A stretch of DNA of 63,992 nt, the filler included, from Streblomastix strix (Eukaryota), in NCBI GenBank assembly GCA_008636045.1. It is 4 parts of 4 records of this genome, joined end to end, with 100 filler letters (N's around TTAATTAATTAA, not from the genome) between each part and the next. Parts side by side here need not be neighbours in the genome. Positions count along the whole stretch, not along the records: positions 1 to 16,204 come from SNRW01000859.1; positions 16,305 to 32,504 come from SNRW01000860.1; 2 more parts are not named here. One strand, given 5' to 3'. The notes under the pieces are model-generated. The model was not told the DNA's origin. It saw only the letters and a program-made list of their open reading frames with translations, and ran no database searches. Positions within the stretch are counted from its first letter, which is position 1; every line of letters starts with the position of its first letter. Of the stretch, positions 13,238 through 26,957 are shown piece by piece. The translations under genes were made by a program, and so were the position numbers.

Positions 13238-14034
13238 TGCTCAAAATTGATGAAAAATATTCTGAAAAAATTAAGAAACTGTTGATCTATTATCAAATGA
13301 TGAGGAAACTATAAAAAATTACAAATTTCCAGAATCCCTAATTTGTGCAGAATCTATCATAAGAATATCTAAACCAAAATAAATGGATAATGATTATGAT
13401 TCAAGTAATTCTAATGAAATTAATGAAATATAATTCAATAATAATAAATCTAAAAAAATTCATCAATCAAAATATAAATAAAATTAACAATTGATTAAAA
13501 GTAAAGACATTTATATGAAACTAATCAATTAACTAAAAAATTAATTTATTAAACATTTATCAATTTTAGGAAAATTTGAAAAGGAATGCATTTATTTTAT
13601 AACCTTGACCAATTTATTCGCTTTGACAAAACATCTACTAAATGCGTAGACGAATTTCATACCTTCTTAAAGTCAATTTTTAAATAGTCGGAATAAATAA
13701 TTACAAATAGATTGTATCAAATAAATTTTGAAAAATTGAAAAAATATATATTAAATATATTCAAAATTTACAATAAATATAATTTCCTGTATCCAAATTA
13801 ATACATTTTTATTTAATAATTTTGAAATTATTTCAAAAAAATTATTTATGAAATTAATCAATAAAGCATTTAAAATAATTATTTTATAAAATTAATTTAT
13901 AAATTTAAATAATCATATAATTAAGAAATTTAATAATAAATTATAATTGAAAATTTTCAAACTTTTTAAAAAACTAAAAAAAAATTTTAATTAAATTTGA
14001 ATTAATTATTGAAATAGTGAATTAGAAAAATTTC

Positions 14035-15153
14035 AACGGAATTGAAAGAATTTATGCACTTGCTGCTCAAAACAACATCAATATTATTATCTTTCCTGCA
14101 CATACTACGTCTGTACTGCAACCTTGTGATAATGAAACATTTGGTATGTTAAAAACGAATATATAAACCTGTTCAATATCTGCATTATTTGAGAAATAAA
14201 CAGCTGCTGCTGAAGAAAGAAACAACTTCGCTATTAACTTAAGATTAGCTCTACATAAAGCGCTTTCTCCCTAAAATATTATTCATGCATTTGCAATTAC
14301 GGCCTGGTTTCCTTATAATCCAAACATTATTTTGGGCAGAATACCACAACACGCACCTGCGTATGCTATGGAAGGATTTGATATATTTAATTTTTTTAAT
14401 ACTGAACAATAGTTATAAATAATTTTTGTAGTGATATAAATGAAAATTACGCCAAATTTTTAAAGTTTTTCAATTTCAAATTTTCCTGATGGCCATTGAA
14501 CGTAGAATGTTGTCCATCGAACCGATAAAAGATTAGATCACATACATTTACAATTTTCACGTCGCAATTAGAATTAGTGAGAAACTAGGATTGCATCCTT
14601 TCTTTTCGTATAAATAGCAATTATTGGCTGTCTAGGATGAACTAAACGCAAGCAACTATTCTATGGTTTCAACGAGGATGTTCGAGCTTAATTTTGGATT
14701 TAAAGGAAACTTAATCAATGAAATCATTCATAAGAGATATAAAATTCAAAGGGTCGTTGCAGCTACTGAAGAACCAACAACTCCGTTAAGAAATCATTCG
14801 GCTTTCAAGTGAATTGGTTTGGTGTCCTGGCATGTTGATGGACTCTTAGTTGCAGCTCTTGAAGAAGTGGAGTGGAATAAGTGGATGAGCAAGCTATTTC
14901 TAACTGAAGAAGGTGAGAATTGAAAAAAATAATTGAAATTTAGTAGAACAGTAAATATATGTATGTATAATAAAATATACTAAATATTTCTAAATTATCC
15001 CAAATCGTCTGATATTTCGAAAAATCGTTTTCCATTAACAATTGACGCTATCATCATTTTTATTATTATAAAATATATTATTTACTAATAATCAAAATTA
15101 AAAAATTAAATATATTAGAAAAAGTCACAATTATCCTGGCCAAATGTACTGTA
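14035..15153 (+). mobile_element. pogo/Fot1-like DDE_1 transposase relic (3' part) with probable right terminus
   Basis: IIIFPAHTTSVLQPCDNETFGMLK (from ~14083) matches the DDE_1 PxHTSxxLQPxD motif. It is followed by NIIHAFAITAWFPYNP. The element ends ..GGCCAAATGTACTG at 15151 followed by TA, consistent with a CAGT terminus and a TA target site. Confidence 0.8.
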
Positions 15154-15459
15154 CGGGCTTAAAAGTCACATTTGTATTTAATTTTTTAAAAAAAATTTTC
15201 ATTATCATATTTGTGGTATGTTTCTATTAGTTAGATAATGTATGAGATGTAAATAAAATTATAATAAATTTTATTTGAATAATAATTGACTTATTGTTCT
15301 TGGTTTCAGCCAATTTTGAAAAATTTGGCAGTGAAAGTTATTTCACCAAACTTCTGATGAATCATTTCACTGTTTCCAAGATATTGCAATATATTAAAAT
15401 AAAATAATAAATTTTTAGAGTTATGAAGATCTACTTATTAAATTAATAAAAAAAATATT

Positions 15460-16204
15460 GAATGTGGAATTACTCGTCTTAGAATAATGGAAGATTAGAT
15501 AAATTCAGGCGAATGTTCATAAATTGATCCAACAGTTGAAAATGAATAGCCCTTGATAATTAATGTTCAAGATTCGCCTACTGAAGAGGTATAATTAAAA
15601 AAAATATATTTTTTTAAAAATTTAAAATTTGCATTTGATTTATTGAAATTTTTATTAATTTATTTAATTTTTAATTAATATATTCAACATTTATTATTTT
15701 TTTACTATTTTATACAATTTTGATGTTAAATTACCTTAAAATTTCCTCCATGAATTTTTTTTTAAATTTATTCTGGTTTTTTTATTCACCAATCAACTAT
15801 TATAAAATTAATGATTATTTTAATTTTATATTGTAAGTAGACTTAACATGAAAACACCAAAAATAATGATCTTGCTACATTACTTAAGTTGCCTGAAATT
15901 TCTGAAATTGAATAAATAAAATCAACTTCCGAATCTTTAGAAAGTCCTGCTATGCATTTGCCCATTAGAGTAAATTCACCCTAATTACTTAGTGCATTAA
16001 AGAAACCTGTGGAAAACGTATGAAAAATTAGTAATTATTATTATTTTATATTATAAGTAGACTTAACAGGAAAACAACAAAAATAATGATCTTGCTGAAT
16101 TACTGAAGTTGCCTGAAATTTCTGAAATTGAATAAATTAAATCGAATTCAGAATCTTTAGAAAGTCCTGCTGTGCATTAACCAATCAGAGCAAGATCACC
16201 ATAA
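15460..16204 (+). CDS. Partial hypothetical gene with a tandemly duplicated intron-exon unit (~220 bp)
   Basis: Exons TQHENTKNNDLATLLKLPEISEIEQIKSTSESLESPA (15841-) and TQQENNKNNDLAELLKLPEISEIEQIKSNSESLESPA (16061-), each preceded by a TAAGTAG acceptor. Truncated by the contig end. Confidence 0.6.
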
Positions 16205-16304
16205 NNNNNNNNNNNNNNNNNNNNNNNNNNNNNNNNNNNNNNNNNNNNTTAATTAATTAANNNNNNNNNNNNNNNNNNNNNNNNNNNNNNNNNNNNNNNN
16301 NNNN
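16205..16304. other. Artificial contig linker
   Basis: 44 N + TTAATTAATTAA (stops in all six frames) + 44 N. Confidence 0.98.
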
Positions 16305-17473
16305 TAATTATATATTATTAATTTGTTTTACTTACAAAATATATTTATTAGCATAAACATGTTGAGAAAACTTGGCTGCAACTTAAAATTAACACGCTGA
16401 CTCTCGCAATTTCATTTATTTATTAAATATAGCATTTTTTCTACAATCACTTCATTTAATATTTAACTAGCATGTATAATACAATATTTTAACTATATTT
16501 ATAATCGAACGCTTTTTTCATAAATTCTACGATAAGCCTGCTCCTAAAATAACTTAAACATATTTGATAATATTTATTACTTTTTCCCCTGATATATATC
16601 AGTTTTCTAAGATATTGTAAATATTTAAACAATTAAATATGCCAAAATACCCGCATTTTTTTAACCTGGTCATGAGCATATTGAATTGTATATTGCATTT
16701 AATTTACTTTTGTTGTGGGGCGGACCCCAAATTATCATATTAACTTTTGAAATTTCGCTCTGGAAATGTATTTCACATTTTCTGAAATTGACAAACCGGA
16801 CGGTTTTGGAAATGCTAATATTTTAATAATTTATTCTCCCATTTTAATTTATTAAGCACAAGGAAAATTTTTATTTTTGCCAAATCATATACATTTCATT
16901 ACCCACGGAACTCTAACCAACCCACACAACCAAATCTCTCTAGGTCAATTTGGCATCCGAAAATTAAAAGTTCCTACGCGCTATAAATGAAAATTCAATA
17001 TAGAATTTGAATTCCAATAAAATTTATATTTCAAATATCAATTTTTTAATTTTTTTAAAATAATTAATTAATAAAATTTTCTATTATCTTTTTTATTTTA
17101 TATTCTGACAAAAAACATTTTATATATTATTATATTCTTTCTTCTATTCAAATATATGGCTGACAATCAAATGAGTTAGATGTTTATTGAAGATAAAATT
17201 GAATTACATAAAAAAACTGATTAATAAAAATCGTAATAAATGCATGATGATCTTTTGACTCAACTTCAATCAATTTCTCAAATTGAATCACAACATTTAA
17301 AATTTGAGGAAGTGAAATAAATTCATGAACATATCAAATAACTTGGAGACGGAAATGAGTTCTCTAAAATTAACATTGAATTATGTAATGAATTTCTATT
17401 TCAGATTGGAGAAGGAAAATCTGAAGAGATTGGAAAGATCAAGTCTTATTCTATCAAAAGTTAAGATTGAATC

Positions 17474-20400
17474 TCAACAAGCTCCCAAATCATCTTCTGG
17501 TAAGGGAGGAATACTAATTGTATAGCAATCATCTCTCGGGTCATGCAGAACACATGGACATTGCAACTTTGGAATACCAACAAGTGTTGTTTGATTTCCA
17601 TAAGGGCAGGTACAGCCTTATGGGTGAAATGATCCATTACATATACAAGAGTCGGGTTCAACTTGCATATTTGATGGAGTTTTGCACTATGTAGTGCATC
17701 CTTTTGGCTTAAATGTATCTGTGCACAAGCAACCATAACTCTAGGAATTTGATGTGCAATCAATTTTATGACATCCAAATGGTTCTGGGTTCGACATATT
17801 TCCGCCAATGCAATTTTTACTTTTTCTGCATTCATTCAACGCATAATACCCATATAGTCCATTAATACTGCAAATACATTCCTGTGGATGGCACTAAAAA
17901 TAGCAGAATTGCCGATATTTTGGATCTGGGTTTTAATCATTAACTCTCTGATCATTTACTATATAAGGACACTATCCAGGTGGGATTCCAGCTGTGCTTG
18001 ATGGATTTGATGGGCATGTGCAATCCTGAGGATGATTTGATCCTGTACAAATACAACCAAAGCCAACATCATCAGAAGTACAAGCTGCTGTTATTAAGCA
18101 ACCAGCAGGCGTAGGAGATCCAAGTGAGCCCCCAGAACAAGGTTAAGGTCCACTTTCACAAGTTGTATCACCAGTTGAACAGATACATGGATGTGTCTAT
18201 GGGAATTATCCTGGTGAGCATTCTTAAAGTGTGCAACCTGCTGGTGTTGGAGCAGTGAAAGTTCCTCCAGTACATGGTTTGTATGCAAGACATGTTGTTG
18301 GATCATATGTTGTTGACAATAAATCACATACACATCCTGCTTATTTATATGTTTCAGTGCATGTGCATCCAACTCCAGAAAAGTCTGATGAACATAAGCA
18401 AGGAGTTGTTAAATCATCATCTACTTAGCATATTCGTGTAATTGGACATTGCGCTCCTATTGTTTATGATCCAGCTCGAGGATCTTCAATTGATTGACAT
18501 TCACATCTATCTGTTTGAATATCAACTAAGTCTTATGGATCATCTGGACACACACATCCATCTGGATCTAAGCCAGGTTTGCAGTTGCATTTATATGTTT
18601 GATCTGCTTATAAACAATCTATTGGAGTGCATCCATTTGGAGAATCGTATTAAGAACATAAACAATTAATTGGCTAATAATTATTTGGTAAACAAAGAGG
18701 AGGGCCTCCACATTCTTCTCTCCAATCATTCTATACACAATTGCATGTTGCTTTTGATGCTACTGTTAATAATATTTCTGGATCTTAAGAGCATATGCAC
18801 CCCAAAGGATTAAACGCATCTGTACAGAAGCAAGAATCAATTGGAACTGATCCTGAATCAGCAGATGTACATAATGGTGTGCATCCTTCTGGGATATTAT
18901 CTTCAATGCACATTTTATTCTTCTAACATTATTCTAAAGACATATCAGCTTGTGGGTGGATGCCGCATGTGCATTATTAGTCTGAATAGACTGATGAGCA
19001 TTGACATCCTATTGGATGAAAGTATGGGTTGCACTTACAAGCATTTGAAGAAGAATTAAAATCACAATAATCAGCAACACAATTTGTAGGGGGTTCTGAG
19101 GAAGAATCATCAGTACAATATGGAGTACACCCAGGTGGAACTGGATTAAGTTCTCCATCAACTCCTACACATGTTTTGGTTGTTCTACAAGATGATAAAT
19201 CATATGATGCTTATTTGTGTTAATCACAAATGCAGTTTGATTGATGAACTATAGATGTGCATGTGCAACCACTTGGTTAATAACTAGCAGTGCAGAAACA
19301 TCCTCTATCTTATGGATTAAGCGTTCCACTTATACAATCTTCAGTAACAGGGCACTCTTATCCAGCTCTCGGATCGTTAGCTACACACGGACAGTCAGCT
19401 TCAGACTAATGCACTAAATCATACTTGCATAATTTATCTTATAGACATACTTCTGGTGGATAAGATACTGATTTAGTATTGCATTAACAGTCTAAAGTTA
19501 GTGATCCTTACACACAATAAGCAGGGCAAAACACATTTGCTCTTGGATCTCCAGAAGGTAAACATGCACATTAACCATTTGGTATTCCATCTAATTCAGC
19601 AGCTGTAGTTGAACAAATACAATCAGATGGGTGATCAGTAGTTGTGCACATGCATGGAATTAATGATGGATTTGATCCAGTTGTACAATTGGGTGTACAT
19701 CCTGATGGGGAATTGGATGAAGTGCAGATGCATGCAAAAGTCTGCGTTGAAGATTCGCATGCAACAGGTGTACAACCAGTTGGTGTTGGATCAGTGAAAT
19801 TTCCTCCAGTGCAAGGTTTTGAAGCTAAACATTCTTAATATGGATATGGGTTATCAGCTCTTGGATCGCAAATGCAATTTGGTGGATAATCAGCGAATTA
19901 ACAATATGCTGGACATTGCGCTCCAATTGTCTATGATCCTGCTCTTGGATCTCCACTTGGAAGACATGGGCATCTATCAGTGGGTGTTTATTAATCCAAC
20001 AAATCGTATGATGGGCACAAACAGCCAGTAGGTGAATGATCGAAACCATTACAGAAACATGAATCTTTAAGAACGGTCAAATCTGAATCAACAGTGCAAT
20101 AATATGTACATCCTTGAGGCCAATCAAATGAAGTGCAGACTTTTAATGCATAACATTACTGAGTTGATAAGTCAACATTTTAGAGATTCCCACATGAACA
20201 AGATTGTGGGTAAGATTCTTTAGAACAGGAACATCCACTTTGATCAGAACCAGGAACGCAAATACAATTCTATTGTTATGAAGGTGAACAATCAACTTCA
20301 TAGCATCCTAATGGTAATAGGTTAGGGTAAGAATAACCTGTACATGGTTGACGACCTTATTAACATATTAAATCACTACCAGCACAGACACAATTATGCG

Positions 20401-22909
20401 TTTCTGGGAATTATCCAGCTTAACAGGTTTGTGTACATCCTTCAGGGATGTTCTATGAAGTACATATCTTAGCTTTTCTGCATACTTCCAAGTCATACGA
20501 TTAATCTTCACTATTACAAAGACAGTCATTGGTTTAATAGTTTGATAATGTGCAGTTGGCAGGGCAGAGATTTCTTTTATCTTTCTCTACACATGGGCAC
20601 ACTGCAATATCAAATACTTACAATTCTTCCAATACTGTTGGACATGTACAACCAGGTGGATGGAATGTAGATGTACAGATGCATCCATAATTCTGATCAA
20701 CAGCTGTGCATTATCCGAGCGAACATTCAAGCGGCCTATAATTCTAAGGGCTATTTCCACTAGTACATGTCTTAGTAGCTCTGCATTATTCTAAAGTAAA
20801 CTATTCATCATCAATTGGACATGTACAATCTTGTGGATGCTATTATATTGTACACAGAGTTGGGCATACTCCAGTTCCAGCTCTGACATCTCCTTCAACA
20901 CATGGACATGTTGTGTTTGGAAGACCAGCAAGATATTCTCCTTACGCACATCTGCATCCAGATGGACTATAATTTTCATTGCATATGCATGTTTCTGGAT
21001 AACTTAATGGATTACTACTAGATGCATTGCATAATGGCTAACAATTTTTCGGTTCATTGTTAATATCACATACTTTTGAAAAGTTGCAATTTGTGGGTGA
21101 AAATTAATTAAACCTGTATTCGTTACAGATACATTCAGGTGGATGAACCTCTTCAGTGCAATATCTCGGACAGAGAGTACCTTATCTTGGATCGTTCATT
21201 GACCTACACGGACACTATGCAGCAGGAATATTGACCAATTATTCAACAGAATCTGGGCATCTACAGCCAACTGGGTGATTGGAAGTTGTGCAAATGCATG
21301 AATCTTCTGTTACTGATGTATCTGAAGGTGCTGTGCATGTCGTGATACAACCATCTGGATGAATTTAATCGTTGCATATACAAGCATACTCCTGATTCGT
21401 GACTTTACAATCTGTAATTTAACATCCATATGGAGTTGGGTCGGTGAAAGTCCCTCCGGTGCATAATTTTGTCTCTCTACAATCTTATATCCCTAAATCA
21501 GTACTATTGTCCAAACTGCATATGCAATCTTGATAATGGTATTACTATGTACAGTAACTTGGGCATAGAAGTCCACCTGATGATGTCGATCGAATGTCTC
21601 CTTCTACACATTGACACCTAGAAGTAGGAATTCTAATTAACTGCGACCAATCTGGTGGGCATTTGCATCCAGTTGGTGAGTGATCATTTGAGCTGCACAT
21701 ACACGAATCGGTTAATACGGTCTATTCAGTTGAAGCTTCACAATCAGATGTGCAACCTTCAGGAATTGGATCGCCTATGCACTTCTTACTTGCTTTGCAT
21801 TATTCGAAATCAAATTCAGCACCACTAATATCATCACATATGCAGTTTTATGGATGATAATCTAATGAACATATACATCCATCACCAGAATAAGATCCAG
21901 AACAAAGGCAGTTAGTTTCAATTGTTCCAAGTTTACATTTGCGAGTAATTGGGCATGTTGAACCTTATCTAGGATCTTCAATTTCATTACAAGCACATGC
22001 TTATGGTGATATTCCAGTCAAATCTAATCCACTACTTGGACAGGTACAACCAACAGGATCAAAACCATTCTTGCAGTTGCATTTGAATGTTTGAAGTGAA
22101 GATTAACAATCTACTGGAGTACAACCACTAGGAGTTGGAGCAGTGAATGTTCCTCCAGTACATAGTTTGGCTGCAAGACATGTTGTTGGATCATAAGAAG
22201 CTGCTGAATTTGTATCGCATATACATCCATCTGGTTTATAATCTTAGGTACATGTACAACCATCTTCAGAAAATTTGTATGAACATAAACAATTTGTATT
22301 TAGTTTGTCTTTATATCCACATTACCGAGTCACAGGGCAGATATTACCTCCTCTTATATCATCACCTGAAATAAATATATGAAGAATAAAAAAGAAAATA
22401 TAATAAATTTGAAATTTATATCAATTAATGCTTAAATTTAAATAGATGATATTTTAAATTACATTATTATAATAATAACAATTAAATTGACCTTATTCAA
22501 TGCACGGGCAAATCTCTTTTGAAATGCCACTCAAAAAATCAGGTATATTGGAACAATTGCAACCTTCTGGCGAATGAACATCAATGCATTTGCAAGTGTT
22601 TAATGGAACTGAAGTCCCAGAACTTTCATTGCAGAAGGGTATTTTTTGTAGTGTTTGATCTGAAAGGCATTGTGCTTTAGTATACTTACCAATTTTGTCT
22701 TCAGGACATTTGCAACCAGTTGGATGCCTGAACCTGGTACAGTAGCAAGACCCATCAACTACAGAAGTGGAAGATAACGCTCCACATGTAGGAAAGCAGG
22801 TCCCCGTGTTGGGCTTGCGCAATGTCTCGGGGCAATTAACGATTGAAATGAAAATGAGTAGCGTTATTAAAATTTAAAACAGATGAAAGTGGTCCAGTCT
22901 TGCCATCAT
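17474..22909 (-). CDS. Large secreted/surface Cys-rich repeat protein (~1770 aa)
   Basis: Signal-like MMARLDHFHLFQILITLLIFISIVNC, then many CxC..HPxGCxC, CPCxxxDPR and CTGGxFTxPTPxGC repeats. One GT-AG intron at 22366-22491. TGA at 17474-17476. Frame continuity was only spot-checked. Confidence 0.85.
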
Positions 22910-23108
22910 TAATATTCTAAATATTCAAAAAATGGAATCAAAATTATAATGAATTAAATGCTATAATTCAATATATGATTGGAAAATGTTCAATTATTTT
23001 TTATGATAGATTTTTAAGCTTCTGCTGCATAAAAATTAAATGAAAGACATGTAAAGATATTAAATTTTGTAATTATATAATAATAAATAATAATATAAGT
23101 AGTATACT

Positions 23109-23468
23109 ATGAAGAAGTTTGGGGGAAGTTCAAAAAGCCATTCATTTTCAAATAAATTCCCAAGAGCAAATGCACAGGCATAGCCCTCAGGTTTGAAAAT
23201 ACGTGATTTTGAACTGCCTCCATACAATCTTCCTCCAAACTATCGAATAGACATAACGGAAAGCAATAATTGTTCACACTAATATAAGGAAAGAATAAAT
23301 ATCATTAATCTGAACGATTTTAAACAATTTGCACACATTAATCCACATGATTATCGAATAAATATATCAGAAAGCATTAATTGTCCACGCCAATCCATAT
23401 AATTAATGGTGTTCATTAATAGACTGTTTTAGGCGCGGCTACGGAGGATTATTCAATTTCGTTTATGA
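23109..23468 (+). CDS. Hypothetical ORF with an internal YRI(D/N)I(T/S)ES(N/I)NC duplication
   Basis: ATG to TGA open under TAA/TAG=Q; no recognisable family. Confidence 0.3.
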
Positions 23469-24099
23469 TTTGGACAAACTGTTATAGTAAATGTGGACAA
23501 GTAATTATACCGTTAATCCTTATTATTTTCCTGTGTTACTATTTAATTAATAAAAATATATTTAAGAGGGGGCATCTCAATCATTAGCGTTTAGTTAATT
23601 TGTATTTTTAAAATATGCTTCAGATATACGTATTATGTCATGTACATGATCTAACATAAAATATAGATTTGAAGCATATTTTTTCTTTGCTTCAGTATCT
23701 TTAATTTCATTATTAAGTTGTTTGTATTCTTATTGCAATTTTGGTTCTAGCTATTTAAAAAACTCATACATTTATTTGTCCATTTTAAATTGGAAACAAA
23801 AATAATATATAATCAAACAGTAAAATTAATTAATTTAGCTAACTTTATTATTATACCTAGGTTTATTATCATTTCAAATATTATGTCTAATTCATTTTTA
23901 CATTGCTTCTGTAATAAAACTGTCAGTTTAATCATAAATTAGCGATTGTCCAATTATTCTTTCAATAATAAAAACTTATTTACAATTATATTATATATTC
24001 CTTCAATATTTTTGAGATTATATTGATTCATTTTTAATATAGGAACAAAAAATAATCGTGTCAATTTAAATCAAAATTAATATCTTTGTACTATTCTTC

Positions 24100-24711
24100 A
24101 TACTATACAGGTTCTTCTTAACATTCATGCGGATCTTAAATTTATTCAATTATTTATTCGTTTTCAATAGTCTATTTAGGTTACTTATATCGTTTAACTT
24201 TTTATTTATATTTTTCTATTCATTTAACAGCATCTTAATGTTATTATTTAATAAATGAATTTTCTGTTCGCAACCTGATTAGTTCTTTTAAATCAAGTTG
24301 AGTATTAGCATAATTAATTTACGGAAATTTAGATATTTTTACTACTTTTTTTCTAACTTATTTCTTTAATGGGTTTTCCCTAACTTCACTTATGGAATCG
24401 TCATCACTTTCATTTTATTATTCTTAAAATTCATAAGATATAAAATCTTCATCTTCATCAATTTATTTTTAAGGTTGTATTTAAACTTTTTTCTTTGGTT
24501 TTACAAAGCTCAAACCTTAGGTTTCCAACCTTCCTCCACGAGGCTATAACAATAACTTATTCTATTATATTTATGTTAATTTTTTAAGTATCTTCTTTCC
24601 TTCTTCGAACACTTTATTACCTCTATTAATTTGGATTACATATCCATTGTCAAAGTATTCAATATTTGTTCCATTTTCTTTCAAATTTTTTTATGCGTAT
24701 TGTAAGTCCAT
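24100..24711 (-). pseudogene. Hypothetical charged/coiled protein of the element
   Basis: MDLQYAQKNLKENGTNIEYFDNGYVIQINRGNKVFEEGKK..EDEDFISYEF..; internal TGA; 3' end approximate. Confidence 0.5.
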
Positions 24712-24734
24712 TTGAGTATTTTTAAGTAAAGAAA

Positions 24735-25950
24735 ATGATAAAGGGCATAGAAAGAAACTCAATTCGAATGTCAAAAACCAAAAAATAAATGTCTGAGATT
24801 AAGCATAAATAACTTACAGATGAAGAAAAAATAAGATTGCAACTGATTAATTATGCAATTAGTCGCATAAATTCAATGTCAAAGATAGGTCTAGAAAAAA
24901 GTGAAACCATAGATGATACTTCTCAGCCTAAAGAAAATATAATTTAAACTGAAAATGAAATTATTCAAGTAACACCAGAATAATTGGTCCTTACCAAATA
25001 AAAATTACTATGTACACGCGCAAATATAATAAAAATAAATATAAATAAATTGATAGAACAACTGCATAAGTTGACCCAGAGGAAGTAGTTAAAAATACTT
25101 ATCTTTTTCATCCAAATCTTGAAGTAATGAAATTCATTATTGATAAATTATGGGCAACAATTACAACAAGAAAAAAGGTGATGATTTTATACTTTCATCA
25201 GACAGTTTTATTAAACTTTGGTCATTAATCACTTAAGAGAATGAAGATGATATTGAAATTGTATTAGAAGAACCATTAATGAGATCCTATTCATGTATAG
25301 GTTAATCATATAAAAAGAAGGATCTAATAATAGTAATAGATGTGTTAATTAAAATGTTAGCATATCAGTTATTAATAATGTTCTTTTTAATTCTATTAAG
25401 AAACTGTATCGAATTAATAAAGATTTTGTTAAGTTGTCTGATGAACCTACATCAGAGATTTCCAAAGATGGTTTTTGAAATAATTATTTTTGCTGTCATT
25501 TTTATTTTACTTTTAATTATTTTTACTGGCAACAAAAATTCTTACACAGTCTGAAATTGCTAGAGGAAAATTGCTCAAGAAATCTTTAAATATTGCAAAG
25601 AAAATATGTGTTCAACCTATATATTAATGTGGTGATGATTTCTATTAACGAACAGTAAATAAATTCGTTAAATCATATTATATATTATTAAAACAATATG
25701 GGAATAGACCTGCTGAATATCCATAAACAGTTTATATTATGATCGAGAAAAGAAATAATGGACATATTGATGACACAATTACATCATATACTCGTTAGAT
25801 GAAGAAACTTATAGATAATACATCTAATTATCCAATGCGAAACTTAAGTGAAGATGATGCAGTCAAATATAGGAAACTAAAAGAAGCAATTAGTTAAATG
25901 TAAGAATAAACAAAATATAATTAGTACGATTAATGTGGAGTAAAAAAAGA
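24735..25950 (+). pseudogene. Hypothetical protein(s) of the element, frameshifted
   Basis: MIKGIERNSIRMSKTKKQ..; segments AQVDPEEVVKNTYLFHPNL and EEPLMRSYSCIG lie in shifting frames. Confidence 0.45.
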
Positions 25951-26199
25951 AGCTAATTGTATATAATACTATATTAATGAAACCTGATGTTTAAGCTAAG
26001 CTATATGATTACTCCTTATTTTTGCAATAAAAATGGAATAATAATTAAGCGATTTAGATATGATTGATGATGATGAATAAATTATTTAGTAATAATAGGT
26101 AAATTAACTAATAAAATAATAAGAAGAGAAATATAAAAAAATTAAAGAACGTTACATATAATTATAAGTTACTGTTAATGAGATAATAAAGTACTTTAA

Positions 26200-26791
26200 T
26201 TATTTAAGTTAATTCTTTAGAAATTATATTGATTTTGTTAATTTACGTTCTAACTAGATTAATCGTGGAGAAAAGACATTTTGATAACCTATAATAGCTA
26301 GTAAAATTATTTAATAAGGTGGAACAATTAACTAAATTCTATTAGCTAATGGATATACTATTGATAAGGATTAATTAGATTATGAACCTATTGAAAATGC
26401 ACGTTATTCATCAATTGCTTAAGGAATGTATGAGTAACGAATATGGGGTACAGTAACAACATAAAATAGTAGAGTATATATTTCTCTGTTAATAACTTAT
26501 TCTGATTTTAATACAATATGGTAATCAGGATATATTTTATTTTAAATCGTTGAAAATGCTATAAACCCAAAATTCACTGCAACACTTAGTATCATACCAT
26601 TAACTGCAGTTATGTTTGCGTAAATAGTTTAAGGTTATCCAATATGCTAGAATGGTGCTGATCCTATAGATTGTTACATTTACTCTAATGGAAATATTAT
26701 AATAAATACAATGTGTTAGCTAAGTTTTGCTGATGATTTTTGTGTATAGGTATGTGATTCATATGCTATTCATAATTAGTCAGCTAATTGA
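26200..26791 (+). pseudogene. Short tail-fibre-like protein
   Basis: NQINRGEKTF, then GGTINQILLANG (26318-26353), then a beta-rich C-terminal domain ending in TGA at 26789-26791. Both motifs have counterparts in the fibre gene at 29295. Confidence 0.55.
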
Positions 26792-26957
26792 CAAATTTAA
26801 AAATAATCAAATGAATCCAATAAACGAAACCATCATCTATTCTCTTGAATAATTGAACGTTAATTTGCATGCAATCTTTAAGACTACTTGGGAAGCAGCA
26901 ATCAAACATACATGAGAATCAAAGATATGCCACTGAAAAATAAATTCATTTTTGCTA

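Noticed and set aside
13102..13296. Poly-Leu membrane-protein ORF
   Set aside because: It is an artefact of the (AAT)n microsatellite.
16249..16260. TTAATTAATTAA palindrome recurring three times
   Set aside because: It is a synthetic six-frame stop spacer inside the N runs.
17325..22374. Many short ORFs in the supplied track
   Set aside because: They are antisense or off-frame shadows of the Cys-rich gene, produced by using the standard code. The same applies to most track ORFs at 43709-45499 and 52855-60305.
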